A DNA stretch of 64,000 bases from the NCBI GenBank assembly GCA_951406725.2, contig OX597818.1, positions 85,560,001 to 85,624,000 of the forward strand, read 5' to 3'. A model generated the notes under the pieces. It was not told the origin of the DNA, ran no database searches, and worked only from the letters and a program-made list of their open reading frames with translations. A program made the position numbers and the translations under genes. Position 1 is the stretch's first letter, and each line of letters opens with the position of its first letter. This document shows, piece by piece, positions 40,713-53,098 of the stretch. The stretch is from Octopus vulgaris. Its lineage: Eukaryota.

Positions 40713-41397
40713 CTTTTAACATTCATCTTCCCTGCTGGCATCAGTTGTGTGGTTTGATAGGATCTAATGAGCTCAAGGACTGCATCATGCTCCAATGTCT
40801 GCTTTGACATGTTTTCTATGGTTGGATGTTCATCATAATACCAACCATTTTATGAAGTGTACTGGATGCTTTTTTTTTTCTCATGAAACCAGAACTAGTA
40901 TGGTCACCATAGACCAAGAACCCATTCAGTTTGTCCAATAGATAAGGCAGCAGCTTTATGCTTGGAGAAGGTGTTAAAAGTATGAAAGAAGGGGTCCTGA
41001 ATAGATCAGGTTTCTTACTATAGAGGAGCTACATGGATACTAATATTATGGAAGGGAAGACATGTATGTGTCTTTGTGTCTCTGTTAGCCCACCCTGCTG
41101 CCACTACTTAACAATTAGTGTTAGTTTGTTTATAAGTCAGTAACTTTGCTATTTGGCAAAAGAAATCAATGAAACAAGCATCAGACATTAATAATAAACA
41201 TTAGTATTAGGGTTGGTTTGTCTGATCAAACCCTTTAAGACAGTGCCCCAGCAATCCAACAACAGAAACAAGTAAAAGGTAAAAGATATTATATTGATTC
41301 AGTTCAGTAATTTAGCTGTTCTCTCACTTGCTTATGCAATCCCATTTGTAAAGATAGTGTTTCTGCTGAAGGCGGTTTGGCTGCAATTTTGTGCAGA

Positions 41398-41625
41398 TTA
41401 ACCCTTTAACATTTAGACCAGCCATTACCAAGCTCAAGTATTCTACCTGTTTTATGTTCAGACCAGATAGCTCTGGCTTCTCACATGTACTGTACAATGA
41501 CATTCTAAAAATGAACAATCACATCATTAATATCTTGAAGCTACAAGAGAATGCATGATTAATTCAAAACAATGTAATAAATATACATTACTTTGGACAA
41601 AGTAATCTGAATGCTAAAGGTTCAA
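41398..41625 (+). mobile_element. piggyBac-like MITE, family B (full length)
   Basis: TTAA-ccctttaacatt ... aatgctaaagg-ttcaa inverted termini. Confidence 0.8.
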
Positions 41626-42692
41626 GACATTGTCTAGAATCTCACATAGTGATTTATATGGTGTCTGTTTTAAATGTCTTTGAGTTTACAGTCATGAATG
41701 CTGGGTAATGACTGAAAGAGTATGATCTCAAATATCAGTGGCTGATTTGGGTTTTTTTTTTATGGATCTCTGAAGTAATGTTACTCGATAAAGCATGTAA
41801 CTTGGAGATCTCTGGGAGTTTCTCCACATCAAGTTATTACTTTTCTGCATTAAGAGGTCATAGCTGCAGTACTACAGAGGTCATGAGGAAAGATTTGCAA
41901 GATGAATTCTTTTAACTAAACCTGCCAGCAGGTGATTTAAGGGCATAACAAGAATATGGTAGTTCAATAATATCCATAGTTTCCATTGGACGTGCTTCCA
42001 AATCAGCCAGAAAGTGTAATGATAGTTGCTTTTCATAGGCTCCTTTAGAGGATGTACCTGAGGGCTCTAACTTCACAACCCCCACAGGAATAATGGATGG
42101 TGAAAATGTATCTATGAATTAATGTTTACTGGAGGATATTTAGTGCTTACATTGAGCATCTTAAATACTTCACTGCATCTCTGTCACAAGCCCCTATGGT
42201 TTTCACTAAAAAAGAATATACAGTTTGTTGAGAAAGCTTTGGTTATTATATTCTTTCTTTCTAATTTTGCCACAATGCCAAAATAATATTTTTTCAACCT
42301 TAGGCACAAGGCTCAAAATTTTGTGGAGAGGGGTCTTGTCAATTACATCAATCCCACTGCTCAACTGATAGCCTTTCATTTTTTCAAGGTTGAGAAAATA
42401 GGTAAATTGGCCTCAGCAGGATTCGAACTAAGAATGAAATGAGCCAGAAGAAAATACTAAGTATTTTGTATGGCATGCTAACAGCATTCTACCAGCTCAC
42501 CGACTTAGATTTGGTTATTATACTAAGTAGGTGACATAAAGGGACTCACATCGGCTTCTTGATTATCTTATGTTGCCTACATTTTAAAGGTTCATAGGGA
42601 ATATGTTGAGAGATCAGGTCTCTAAGCTGAACAGATCAATTGAATACATAAAATTTCCCTTACTGACTTGTATACAAGTTCTAGAGAGAGAG

Positions 42693-42736
<44 letters not shown>

Positions 42737-43148
42737 CATTATATGTATATATTATAAAGTACAAACATCTGTTGAAGAGTCATTCATATTCATTGCATTT
42801 TTGTAAGTGTCTTTTTGAACTGCCCTGAATTAAGGGGTCACGGGTATGTTTTTTTTTAATTATAATTTCTCCTTTTGAAGATTTTTGTTGCGACTTTAAT
42901 GCTTGAGATCTTATACATATATATATATATTCACACTTTATCTTTTTTCCTTTTCTTTTTTGGCGATATATATACATGAGGATATTAAATAGATCATCTG
43001 TACTTTATCACCATACATTTTATATTAGTTTGTTTGTGTGTGTGGATGCATAATAATAATATATATACATATACATATAATTATACACACTTGTATACAA
43101 ACATATACATCTACACACAATACATAAACATATATACATATATACGGG

Positions 43149-43198
<50 letters not shown>

Positions 43199-43209
43199 AA
43201 CACACATAA

Positions 43210-43263
<54 letters not shown>

Positions 43264-43652
43264 AGAAGCAAACACATCTTTTAGCTAAAAATACTTCAAA
43301 GAGTATCAGTGTGAATTTTTCATAGAGATTTTCAGGCCGTAAAATGGTCATTTGGTTTCATACAAGATTGAATTGCACATGTGTTGCGATTGCTGTCTGT
43401 AAAGGCGTTATTGATCACACGGAGATAGAGGAGGGAGAAGGATATAAAAGAGAGAGAGAGAGAGAGAAAGAGATGGAGGAAAGAGAAAAGTGAGTTAAAG
43501 ATTTAGTATTTAAAAGCTAGCAGAGGACAGTTGTTTTTGTTGTCACCATCTCTCTCTCTCTCTCTCTACATATGTGTGTGTATATATATATATATGTTTG
43601 TGTGTGTATATACATATATGTATGTGTGTGCATACATGTGTATATATATATA

Positions 43653-43697
<45 letters not shown>

Positions 43698-45194
43698 ATA
43701 TATATATATATATGCATGTGTAATAAATGTGTATATGTGTGTGTGTTTATGTGTAAGTATATACATGTGTATGTACATATATCTATATGTGTATATATAT
43801 ATATATATTTGTATACATATATGTATATATTTGTATACATATATGTATATATTTGTATACATATATGTATATATTTGTATACATATATGTATATGTGTGT
43901 GTATATATATATGTATGTGTGTATATATATATGTGTGTATATGTATGTGTATATGTGTGTATATATATGTGTGTATATGTATGTGTGTATATATATATAT
44001 GCATATATGTCCGTATATATGTGTATATATACATGTGTGTGTATGTATGTGTATATAAATGTGTATATATGTGTGTGTGTGTATGTATGTGTGTATATAT
44101 ATGTGTGTGTGTGTGTGTATGTATGTGTGTATATATATATGTGTGTGTATGTATGTGTGTGTTTGTATATATGCATATGCATGTATGTGTATATGTATAT
44201 ATGTATGCATGTATGTGTATATGTATGTGCACATGTGTATGTGTGTGTGTGTGTATATATATATATGTATGTATGTATGTTTACATATATGTGTGTGTGT
44301 ATATCCCATCTATGTATATATCCAAATGAATAATCTACTTATAAAATGTCCAAGACTGAAGATCAAACCAAATTGCTTCCTCTTCATTAGTTTTGGATTT
44401 TTCTAACATTTCACCTATATTTTCGTTTTCTTTTTTTTTTTTTCCCCTCTCTAAATCCCTACCTATCTCATCCACTGCCACATCCACTATCACCATTGCC
44501 ACAACCACTACTATCATCACCACAACTTGTAACATCACCATCACAACCACTAAAACCAACACCGCCACAACAACTAACACCACTAGTGCCACAATCACTA
44601 CCACCACCATTGCCATAACTACTGCAACTACCACCTACTCCACCTTCATCACAACTACCTACAGTTGTCATTCATTCTCCATCCTCTCTTTGTTTCTCTC
44701 TTCTCTTATCCTGTGCGTCCAGAAGAGACCAAAGTCTATACTAACTAGACCGACTCTTTTGCGACTTGCTGCCTATATAGCAAAGCAGCCAGCTCTGCCA
44801 TAAGATAAAGAGAATCGGTAGGCATTGACAGGAGGCTGGGTATTGGGAAAATTGCCACGGAAGTATGTATTTGAACACAGTGTTTATTTAGTGTTAGCTC
44901 CCACTCAACTTCGTTGTCTGCTTATCAAATCGTGGCTAATTGCCGAAAACAGTCGCCAATATTACATTCTACTTTGATCAAAATAAAAAGATAAGGATAA
45001 ATGAACAAATAGATAAAGAAAAAATAGTGAGTGAGTGAGTGATTGATGTTTGTGGTTGAATTACTCTAAAGTATGTGTATGGGAGGTCTATCTCAAGTTA
45101 TTTTATCAATCTATTCATTTACCTACGTATATGTATATATGGCTTGTCCGTCTGTCTCATTACAAGTGTAGCTATTTTTTGTTAGAATGAAGAT

Positions 45195-45265
<71 letters not shown>

Positions 45266-45477
45266 TAATTGAGAGATAGTCCGCAAAACAATTGCTTTTG
45301 TGGGCACGTGTATGTGTGCTTATATATATTTGTGTGTGTGGGTGTACACAGACACACACATGCAGAATCCATAATTAATCCCACTCCTACATATTCAGCT
45401 ATATTCTTGTATGTGTATATATATGTGTGCAAATGGTTATATATGTACACACACACACACACACATATGTATACACG

Positions 45478-45740
45478 ATACACTCAACCTAAATTTCTTT
45501 TTGTTCATGGGCAAGTTCTATAAACAGGTCTTAGGACTGAGAATGAGAGTGGTCTCCAATTATGCAAACCTATTCATTGGCCATATTGAGACCCATTTCA
45601 CCAGTCCCACACCTGAGTCCATAGTCAAAACTTTGATGACTGTATCAGTGCCACCTCACTCTCCCGTGAACAACTAGACTTCTTCCTTTCTTTCACACAA
45701 TCTTTCCCACCAGATCTTCAATTTTCTTCCTCTGTCTCCA
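45478..45740 (+). pseudogene. Penelope-like element reverse transcriptase fragment
   Basis: TLNLNFFLFMGKFYKQVLGL...SNYANLFIGHIE, then in another frame FDDCISATSLSREQLDFFLSFTQSF. Matches PLE RT motifs F-x-F-x-G-x-x-Y-x-Q-x-x-G...YANLF-x-G-x-x-E...(Y)IDD. Confidence 0.8.
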
Positions 45741-45999
45741 AAACCTCCCAACTGTTAACTCAGTCCCAACTCATGGCCAGTCACGTCATCCACTAAGAAT
45801 ATTCACCCTCACCCCTACTCACACACACACACATGCATTGTAACTCAGTCGTCCTCACTCACACTTTGGACTGTTTGAACAAGGCTGGCAAGCTGGAAGG
45901 CTGCACCAGACTCCAGTCTGACATGGCATGATTTCTATGGCTAGATGCTCTTCCTAATGCCAACCAGTCTGCAATTGTAATGGGTGCTTTTACATGCCA

Positions 46000-46057
<58 letters not shown>

Positions 46058-46089
46058 CAAACAAACTTTAGAAGTGCCAAGTGTATTTG

Positions 46090-46451
46090 TACTTGACATA
46101 CAAAAACGTAAATTTTTGACACAATATAGCTGTGAAAAACAGCCAAGAAAGATTGGATATTTATCCTTAGAATACAAGGAAAAAAAAGTTGCCTGCAGGC
46201 AGCTACAGGGAATCGAACCCTGTATCTCTGAGATACCAGTTGAGTGATCTGTACCATTAAGCTAAGCAGCCCTTGATGACAATTACAGTCAATGTTAATG
46301 CTATGTAATAACTTTTTGGGGGAATGTGGGAACATTTTGTCACCATCTGTTGGTTACTTTTTGTCTGTCTCCTAAGGGTAAATACCTAATCTTTCTTGGC
46401 TGTTTTCAAAGCCATACTGCTTTCAAAGTTTACCTTCTTGTCTGTAAAATA
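46090..46451. mobile_element. Inverted-repeat element with internal tRNA-like Pol III cassette
   Basis: ~80-bp imperfect inverted arms (46090-46170 / 46372-46451) with a perfect 19-bp core aaaacagccaagaaagatt. tRNA-like sequence at 46198-46271 on the minus strand. Confidence 0.7.
46198..46271 (-). pseudogene. tRNA-like sequence (not a functional tRNA)
   Basis: GGCTGCT/AGCTGCC acceptor-like stem (6/7 pairs), A-box TAGCTTAATGG, T-arm CAGGG-TTCGATT-CCCTG, T8 run downstream (46180-46187). The anticodon arm does not pair. Confidence 0.65.
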
Positions 46452-46695
46452 TATGCATGCATATACATTTGCATGTGCATGCATGTATACACACACATAG
46501 GTGCATACACACATGCACACATAAGAAACCACTGGTTTGCTTTGTCATTGTGGGATTCTGTGTTCTTTGACACTGTGCAGTATCTTGGTTAGTTGCCTTC
46601 TTCTGTTGCCTAGGCCAAGCAATTCCTTGAGAATGAAATTGGTAGAGAGAGACTATATGGAAACCAGCCTTGTGTGTATGTACATACATGTATAT

Positions 46696-46743
<48 letters not shown>

Positions 46744-47172
46744 TGATGTTGTGGCATTTTCAAATGGATTGATTCAGAGAACTGGTTGGTTTGTTTGCCG
46801 AAATTCTTGGCACCCATTCAGCAAATGAGATTCTCTCCATCTTGTATATTATTATCAATCCATAAAAAGCAAACTACTGCATCTTTTTCTCTTATTTACC
46901 TTTTTTTTTCTAACTGGGTGAAATGATTATTTTTTTTTCCTTTCTTTTACATAGAAGAACATCATTAGTGATAGTTTCTGGTTAGTGTGTGAGCACTTTT
47001 CCACACATACATATACCTCAACTCCCTTCTGTGTTGTGTACCATAGTCTTTGTTACCTAGGAAGAAAAGCCATCTATAGCTGCCTACAAATAATCAAGTG
47101 TATAAATGTGTAGTCGGTGTTTGAGACTCTCTTACTCTCTCTTTCTTACTGTCTCTCTCTCTCTCTCTCTCT

Positions 47173-47217
<45 letters not shown>

Positions 47218-47419
47218 CTGCATGTGTGTATATGCATGTATATATGTATGAAGATATGTGTGTGTGTCTATACACACATAGTTTGTGTATGCATGTGCAT
47301 TTAAGTATGTATGTTTGTGTGGGTATGTGTGTATATGTATGTATGCTTCTCTATGTGTATCAGTGTGTGTGTATATCAATATATACATACACACCCATAC
47401 ACACTTTATAAATAAATAA

Positions 47420-47450
<31 letters not shown>

Positions 47451-47802
47451 TACATAAAAACACACACACGCACACATATATGTAGATGTGTAGATTTGTG
47501 TGTGTGTGTGTGTGTGGACATGTAATATGTACAATGTCAGGTGGAATATTGTCAATCTACTGCTCTAAGATTACCTGTAATAAATAAATGACCTATGATG
47601 TAAAGCACATAACAAAACATTTTGGGTGGAGATATATACTCAATTTAACTGACCCCATTTATGGACACTTATCTGAGGACAGAGAATTCATTCAAGCACC
47701 CAGGTAGCATTTATTAATTCGGCAGATATGAAACAGAAAATTAAAACTGGTTCAACATGTTTAACATTCTTTTATTTGCCAACCTTAATATTGGCTGTCA
47801 GA

Positions 47803-47961
47803 GCAAGCATGGCTGTGTTGGTTAAGAAGTTCACTTCCCAACCACATGGTTTCAGGTTCAGTCCCACTGCATGGCAACTTGGGCAAATGTCTTCCACTAT
47901 TGTCCCAGGACAGCCAAGACCTTGTGAGTGGGATTTGGTAAACTGACATTGAAAAAAGCCC

Positions 47962-47999
<38 letters not shown>

Positions 48000-48315
48000 T
48001 GTGTGTGTGTGTCTGTGTATGTGTGTGTCACAGAGGCAATGGCCAAGACCTTTGGCATTATGTCGTACTTCAGAAGACCCATCAAGCCTAGCAAAATTGC
48101 AGTTGTGGCAGATACCGGTGTCATGCAAATGGCACCTGTGCTGGTGGCATGGAAAAGCACGCATTAGATTCTGGAAGTGGTTGGCATTAGGAAGAGCATC
48201 AAACCATAGAAAACCATTTCAAATCAGACTGGAGACTGGCACAGCCTTCAGCATGCCAGCACAGTCAAACTGTCCAATCCATGCAAGGATGGACAATGGA
48301 CATTAAATGATGATG
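47803..48315 (+). mobile_element. Composite SINE head H1 + (TG)n + long RTE 3' UTR tail (T3)
   Basis: Head 47803-47965; 48027-48315 is similar to the RTE ORF end and 3' UTR at 16675-17150. Confidence 0.7.
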
Positions 48316-49890
48316 AAATAGATGATGATATACATATAGGATACTCTAACAGTTCTGCCATCTCACTGCTTTTGGTTTCAAACTTTTGCACAAGACCTGC
48401 AATTTTAAGACGGGGTGAGCAGTGAGTCAGTTACTTCAATTCCAGTACTTGACTGGTACTTTATTTTATTGACTCCAAAAGGATGAAAGGCAAAGTTGAC
48501 ATAAATGGTGTTTGAACTCAAAATGAAAACAGCTTTAAAAGAATGCTACTAAGCAATTTGTCCGACACGCTAATGATTCTGCCAGCTTGCCACTTTAATA
48601 ATAGCGATAATAATGAATACAAATGATCTGTGGACAAATTTTAGTAGGCCAGAGTTGTGGTTGTGGTGGCAGGTGGGTGGATGTGGGGAGGGCAATGTTT
48701 TTTTTTTTATGATGCTGGCATGAGTGAAAAAAGAGAAGTCAGACTAAAAGAAAGAAATGATGAGGACAAAGGTTAAGTGAAAGGTTCTTGTGAAAATTAG
48801 GACCAAACAACTAAGTCATTCCTTCTTTCTTTCTTTCTTTTTATTTGTTCAGAATTCTTTCTTCATCTCTGTTCTTTGTTGCTGTTTCTCTTTTTTCTTC
48901 ATATTTGCTTGTATTTTTTCCTTCTTTTTCAGTTTGCTTTCTCCCATGTTCCTTCTGCCCCACCCTTTTTTTTTTTTTGACAGAAGGGGGAATTCCCCAC
49001 CATCTTTAACATTTTTCTATCATGGCTTCTTCCACTGTAGTCTTTTTATGTTCTCTTCTTCCATGGTAAATATAACCATTTTTCGATTTGTGGTTAGCAA
49101 AAGGCTTATTAACGAGTTGTGAGAAGAATGGTTGCACTAATGGCAAAACATTTGTGTGTGTGTGTGTGTGAGCATAACAGAACAACAACAACAACAAAAT
49201 AATAATAATATAAAACTAGGAAGAGAGAAAAAGAGAGCAAGAGAGGTGAGAGGGCTATTTGGCAAATTGTGCTAAACTGCCCAGCCATTGCATCTCAGGA
49301 GTAAAAATAAAAAGGAAAAAAGAAAAGAGAAAACCCATTAAGATCAGAAAGCTGTGAATCTAAATGGAGAATTGCTGTTTTCCTTGCAGGCATCTAACTC
49401 CATTTGGGTAGTATGATGGTTATTTGAATATTCTGCTAGTGAAAGCTGATCACGTGGGGATAGAATTTTGTCTGTGTGTGTGTGCATGTGTGTGTGTGTG
49501 CGCATGTGTGTGTGTGTGCGCATGTGTGTGTGTGTATGTGTGTGCACATGTGTGTGTGTGTGTGTGCACACGTGTGTGTGTCTGTGTGTGGCTATGGCTA
49601 TGTGTGTCTGTTTTGAAATCTAAATACACAGGAAGTAAAATGAAAACTCTGGTGTACCTGTGATTGTGAGACTAAAATAGAGAAATGCCTGCTGTTTATT
49701 ATCGGTTGCTGCTTATCAAAAGACAGTGAACTAGTGTCTGGTGGTGCTACTGTGGATTGCATGAGTAATAAATCATAAAGAACTCTTTCTGTCTTTAGGA
49801 AAGGAAAAAAAAAAAAGAAAATATCTATTACTTCTTTACTTTTTCTCTGTTGTCGGTCATTAAGTTATCTATAGTATTATTATTATTACT

Positions 49891-50288
49891 AAGGTGGTGA
49901 GCTGGAAGAATTATTAGCACGCTGGGCAAAATACTTAGCAGTATTTTCTCTGTCTTTACATTCTGAGTTCAAATTCCACCTAGGTCAACTTTACTTTCAT
50001 CTTTTTGGGGTTAATAAATTAAGTACTAGTCAATCACTGGGCCCAATGTAAGCAACTAGCCCTCTAGTTGTAGGTCTTGTGCCTTCCGTAGAAAGGATTA
50101 TTATTATTGTTATTATTATTATGCATATGTCCCCTCTTTTCCAGTGTAGACCATGTATACTTTATTTTTTCTTCACCTTTTTTTTATCGTTTCATTATTA
50201 TATGTAAACCCGCACACGTTATGACTGTCTCTGTACAGTCCTCCTCATTCTTCACCCTTGTGGCAAATAAATGAAGTCATCATCATCA

Positions 50289-50331
<43 letters not shown>

Positions 50332-50550
50332 CATCATCATTAAGGCAGCGAGCTGGCAGAAACGTTAGCATGCCAGGTGAAATGCTTATTCATCTGTCTT
50401 TACATTCTGAGTTCAAATTCCACCAAGGTCGGTTTTGCCTTTCATCCTTTTGGAGTCGATAAATTTAGTACCAGTTGCATACTGGGGTTGACCTAATGGA
50501 CTGGCCTCCTTCCCCCAAAATTTTGGGCCGTGTGCCTCAAGTACAAAAGA
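49891..50550 (+). mobile_element. Two H2 SINEs with (ATT)n tails
   Basis: Copies at 49891-50100 and 50343-50550. Reverse copies also at ~31040-31260, 42290-42505 and 48350-48600. Confidence 0.75.
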
Positions 50551-50591
<41 letters not shown>

Positions 50592-50854
50592 TCTATTCAA
50601 TTGAGATAGAAAAACTGGTTGCTCAAGTTCATACTTGTGTCCCTTTTCTGGCCATTATATATGCTGATTCCTCTCTTCTTTCAAGGAATATTAGGGTCCA
50701 TAAAGGTTTGGGGGAGGCTTTCTGTTTAACATAGGTGAAAGGGGATTTTATATAGGGATTTTATATGTATTTTCTGACATCCTAATGTTTTGTTTTTTGA
50801 TATCTTAGCAGAAAGATTCCTTATTCAATTTTGGCAACCAATTTAATATGCCTT

Positions 50855-51196
50855 TTACCTCTGCCTTAGTGAAGGTGGAGGTATTGTTTTCAGTCGCGTT
50901 TGTTTGTTTGTGGATATGATATCTCAAGAACTGCTAGATGGATTTGGATGAAACTTTCAAGGATGTTTGGCCTTGTGACTGGCATGAACTGTTTCAATTT
51001 TGGGATCGATTGAGTACCAAAAAAGGCTTCTGGATTATTTTTCTGGTTGGATTCATTTTTAGTATTCTCGTTTGTGACAGCAGTTGAGTTTATTTCAGAT
51101 ATTCTCATTTTAAAAATCATCTCCGACTAATTGTTGAGAGGATGTTTGTGTTGCCTTGGTGGAGGTTTGCACTCTCTTAGTGCTCGATTTTCTTGT
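50855..51196 (+). mobile_element. Non-autonomous Helentron (HINE/DINE-1-like) element
   Basis: 5' sub-TIR acctctgcctt with its short inverted copy aaggtggaggt, (GTTT)n, core ggatttggatgaaa, 3' sub-TIR ggtggaggt (51158-51166) followed by a gcact/agtgc stem-loop; T-rich flanks. Confidence 0.8.
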
Positions 51197-51264
51197 TGTT
51201 GTTTCTTTCTTTACCGTTCTCAGAAAAAGTGTGAATATCACAACTTCTCATTGCATTTCTACTG

Positions 51265-51790
51265 GCCCTTTTTGTTGAAATACATTGCCTTTCTTTCAAT
51301 TAATTTGGAAAGTAATGAAGAATTTGGTAAAATATCTTTTGTCATTATTAAGCTGGTGTTCGGGACATAAATTAGCATAAAGCTTTGATGGAAGAAGGTT
51401 TTAATTTAAATCATATTAAAGCAGGAAGCTTGTGTCTTCACAATATCTTGCTAGTAGTTGTGGTTTTAAGGACCTGTGACTTTTCATTGAACTTCATAGC
51501 AACAGTGTTTGAAGTAGTAATAGTTTTTAACTTAACCTTTTAGCTACCGTATTTCTGTTAAAATAATTCTGTCTTTGGTTTAATTAGTTTTGAAATTAAT
51601 GAAGAATTTAGTGAAATAACTTTGTCATTGTTAAGCTGGTGTTTGAAACATGAATTAACATGAAATTTTAATGGAATGGTTATAATTTAGGTCACTATAA
51701 CCCTTTTGTTGCAATATTTTTGTTAAAATACACTTTCTTCCTTTCAGTTGATTTTGAAAATAACAATTTACTAGAATAGCATTATTTACC
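51265..51790 (+). mobile_element. Three tandem partial copies of piggyBac-like MITE family A
   Basis: Repeated aatgaagaattt.gt.aaata...tttgtcatt.ttaagctggtgtt block; similar to 2948-3173. Confidence 0.6.
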
Positions 51791-51934
51791 ACATAACTCC
51801 CTAACCTCCCCATTCTTATTGGTAAAACTAAGGGCAAATAATCCTGAAATGATTTATAAAAACCAAGTCTTGTATACTTAAGCAAAAAAATTGTTTGTTA
51901 TTACTATTATAATTACCTTTTCTTTTCTCTTCAG

Positions 51935-52073
51935 ATGCTCTCTGCGAGCCGAGTGTAAAGAGGCTGACCAAGACCTTCGGTGGTTGCCATATACTGGACA
52001 AAACTGCTCGGCGATCACCAGTCACTCACCATCTCAAGTGCAGATCAGGAAACTTGCGCAAAAAACTGTCAAA
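51935..52073 (+). CDS. PlexB: Internal coding exon of a plexin (Plexin-B-like): C-terminal half of the first PSI domain and linker
   Basis: Polypyrimidine tract plus CAG acceptor (51932-51934) and GTATGT donor (52074). The 139 nt read as 1 nt + CSLRAECKEADQDLRWLPYTGQNCSAITSHSPSQVQIRKLAQKTVK, matching the plexin-B pattern C-S-L-R-x-x-C...W-x-x-Y...C-x-x-I-T-x-x-x-P-x-Q. CpGs are retained. Ends in phase 0. Confidence 0.88.
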
Positions 52074-52109
52074 GTATGTACTGCAATTTTGTTATTTGAG
52101 TCTCTAGCT

Positions 52110-52323
52110 TTTTAACAAGCCATTTCAGGCTAAAATATTCTGTCTTTTTTATGTACAGACTTGAAAGACCTCACCTCTCAAACTTACCCTACAATGTCAT
52201 TCTAAAAATAATCACTCCCATCCCTGAAATCCTAAAGGTACAAGATAATGCAGGATTAATTCAAAACAATGGGAATAAATAAACATTACATTTGACAGAG
52301 CAATCTGTATGCTAAAGGTTTAA
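52110..52323 (+). mobile_element. piggyBac-like MITE, family B
   Basis: Homology to the 41398 copy; ends atgctaaaggt-TTAA. Confidence 0.7.
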
Positions 52324-52754
52324 CCCCCAAGTCAACTCCAATCTAATAGATATAAGTCATGTACTTACATCTATTATTCAGTTAACTATACTCCCCTTCC
52401 TTAAATATTTTGTGATACTGCCAATTTAATAAGTCATTTGTATATCTCTATATACATAGTCCTCTTATAGCCACTCTTTACTCTACAGAATTGCTCCCTT
52501 GTAAAGACATTGGTGTTTAAGTGCTACTAAGTATTTTCTATACCAAGAATCTCTGGATCTCATCTGTTGATTCTATATACATAGTCTATATATAGATAGT
52601 GTATGTATTACCATCTTTTGCCTCCTCCTCCATGACCTGCACCTACATTCACTTCTGTCCTGATCTCTACCATCTATCACTCTCCTTTCACACTCTTGCA
52701 CACTCACTTACATACCCATTCATCCTTAGTTCTTTACCTCTATTCTCTCTCTAT

Positions 52755-53098
52755 CAGCGTCACCTTACTGGCACTTGTGCCAGTGGAATGTGAACAAAAC
52801 ATTCAAGCGAGGTCGTTGCCAGTGCCGCTGGACTGATTCCTGTGCAGGTGGCACATAAAAAACACCATTTGAGTGTGGCCGTTGCCAGTACCGCCAGACT
52901 AGTCCTCATGCCGGTGGCACGTAAAAGCACCCACTACACTCTCAGAGTGGTTGGCATTAGGAAGGGCATCCAGCTGTAGAAACTCTGTCAGATCAGATTG
53001 GAGTCTGGTGCAGCCATCTGGTTTGCCAATCCTCAGTCAAATCGTCCAACCCATGCTAGCATGGAAAGCAGACATTAAATGAGGATGATGATGATGAT
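52755..53098 (+). mobile_element. Well-preserved RTE 3' UTR fragment
   Basis: Highly similar to 16900-17150; (GAT)n tail. Confidence 0.8.

Noticed and set aside
49377-49412. Acceptor-like ttttccttgcAG followed by 18 nt and GT (candidate microexon)
   Set aside because: Weak donor (GTAGTA), and it would interrupt the PSI domain; no supporting evidence.
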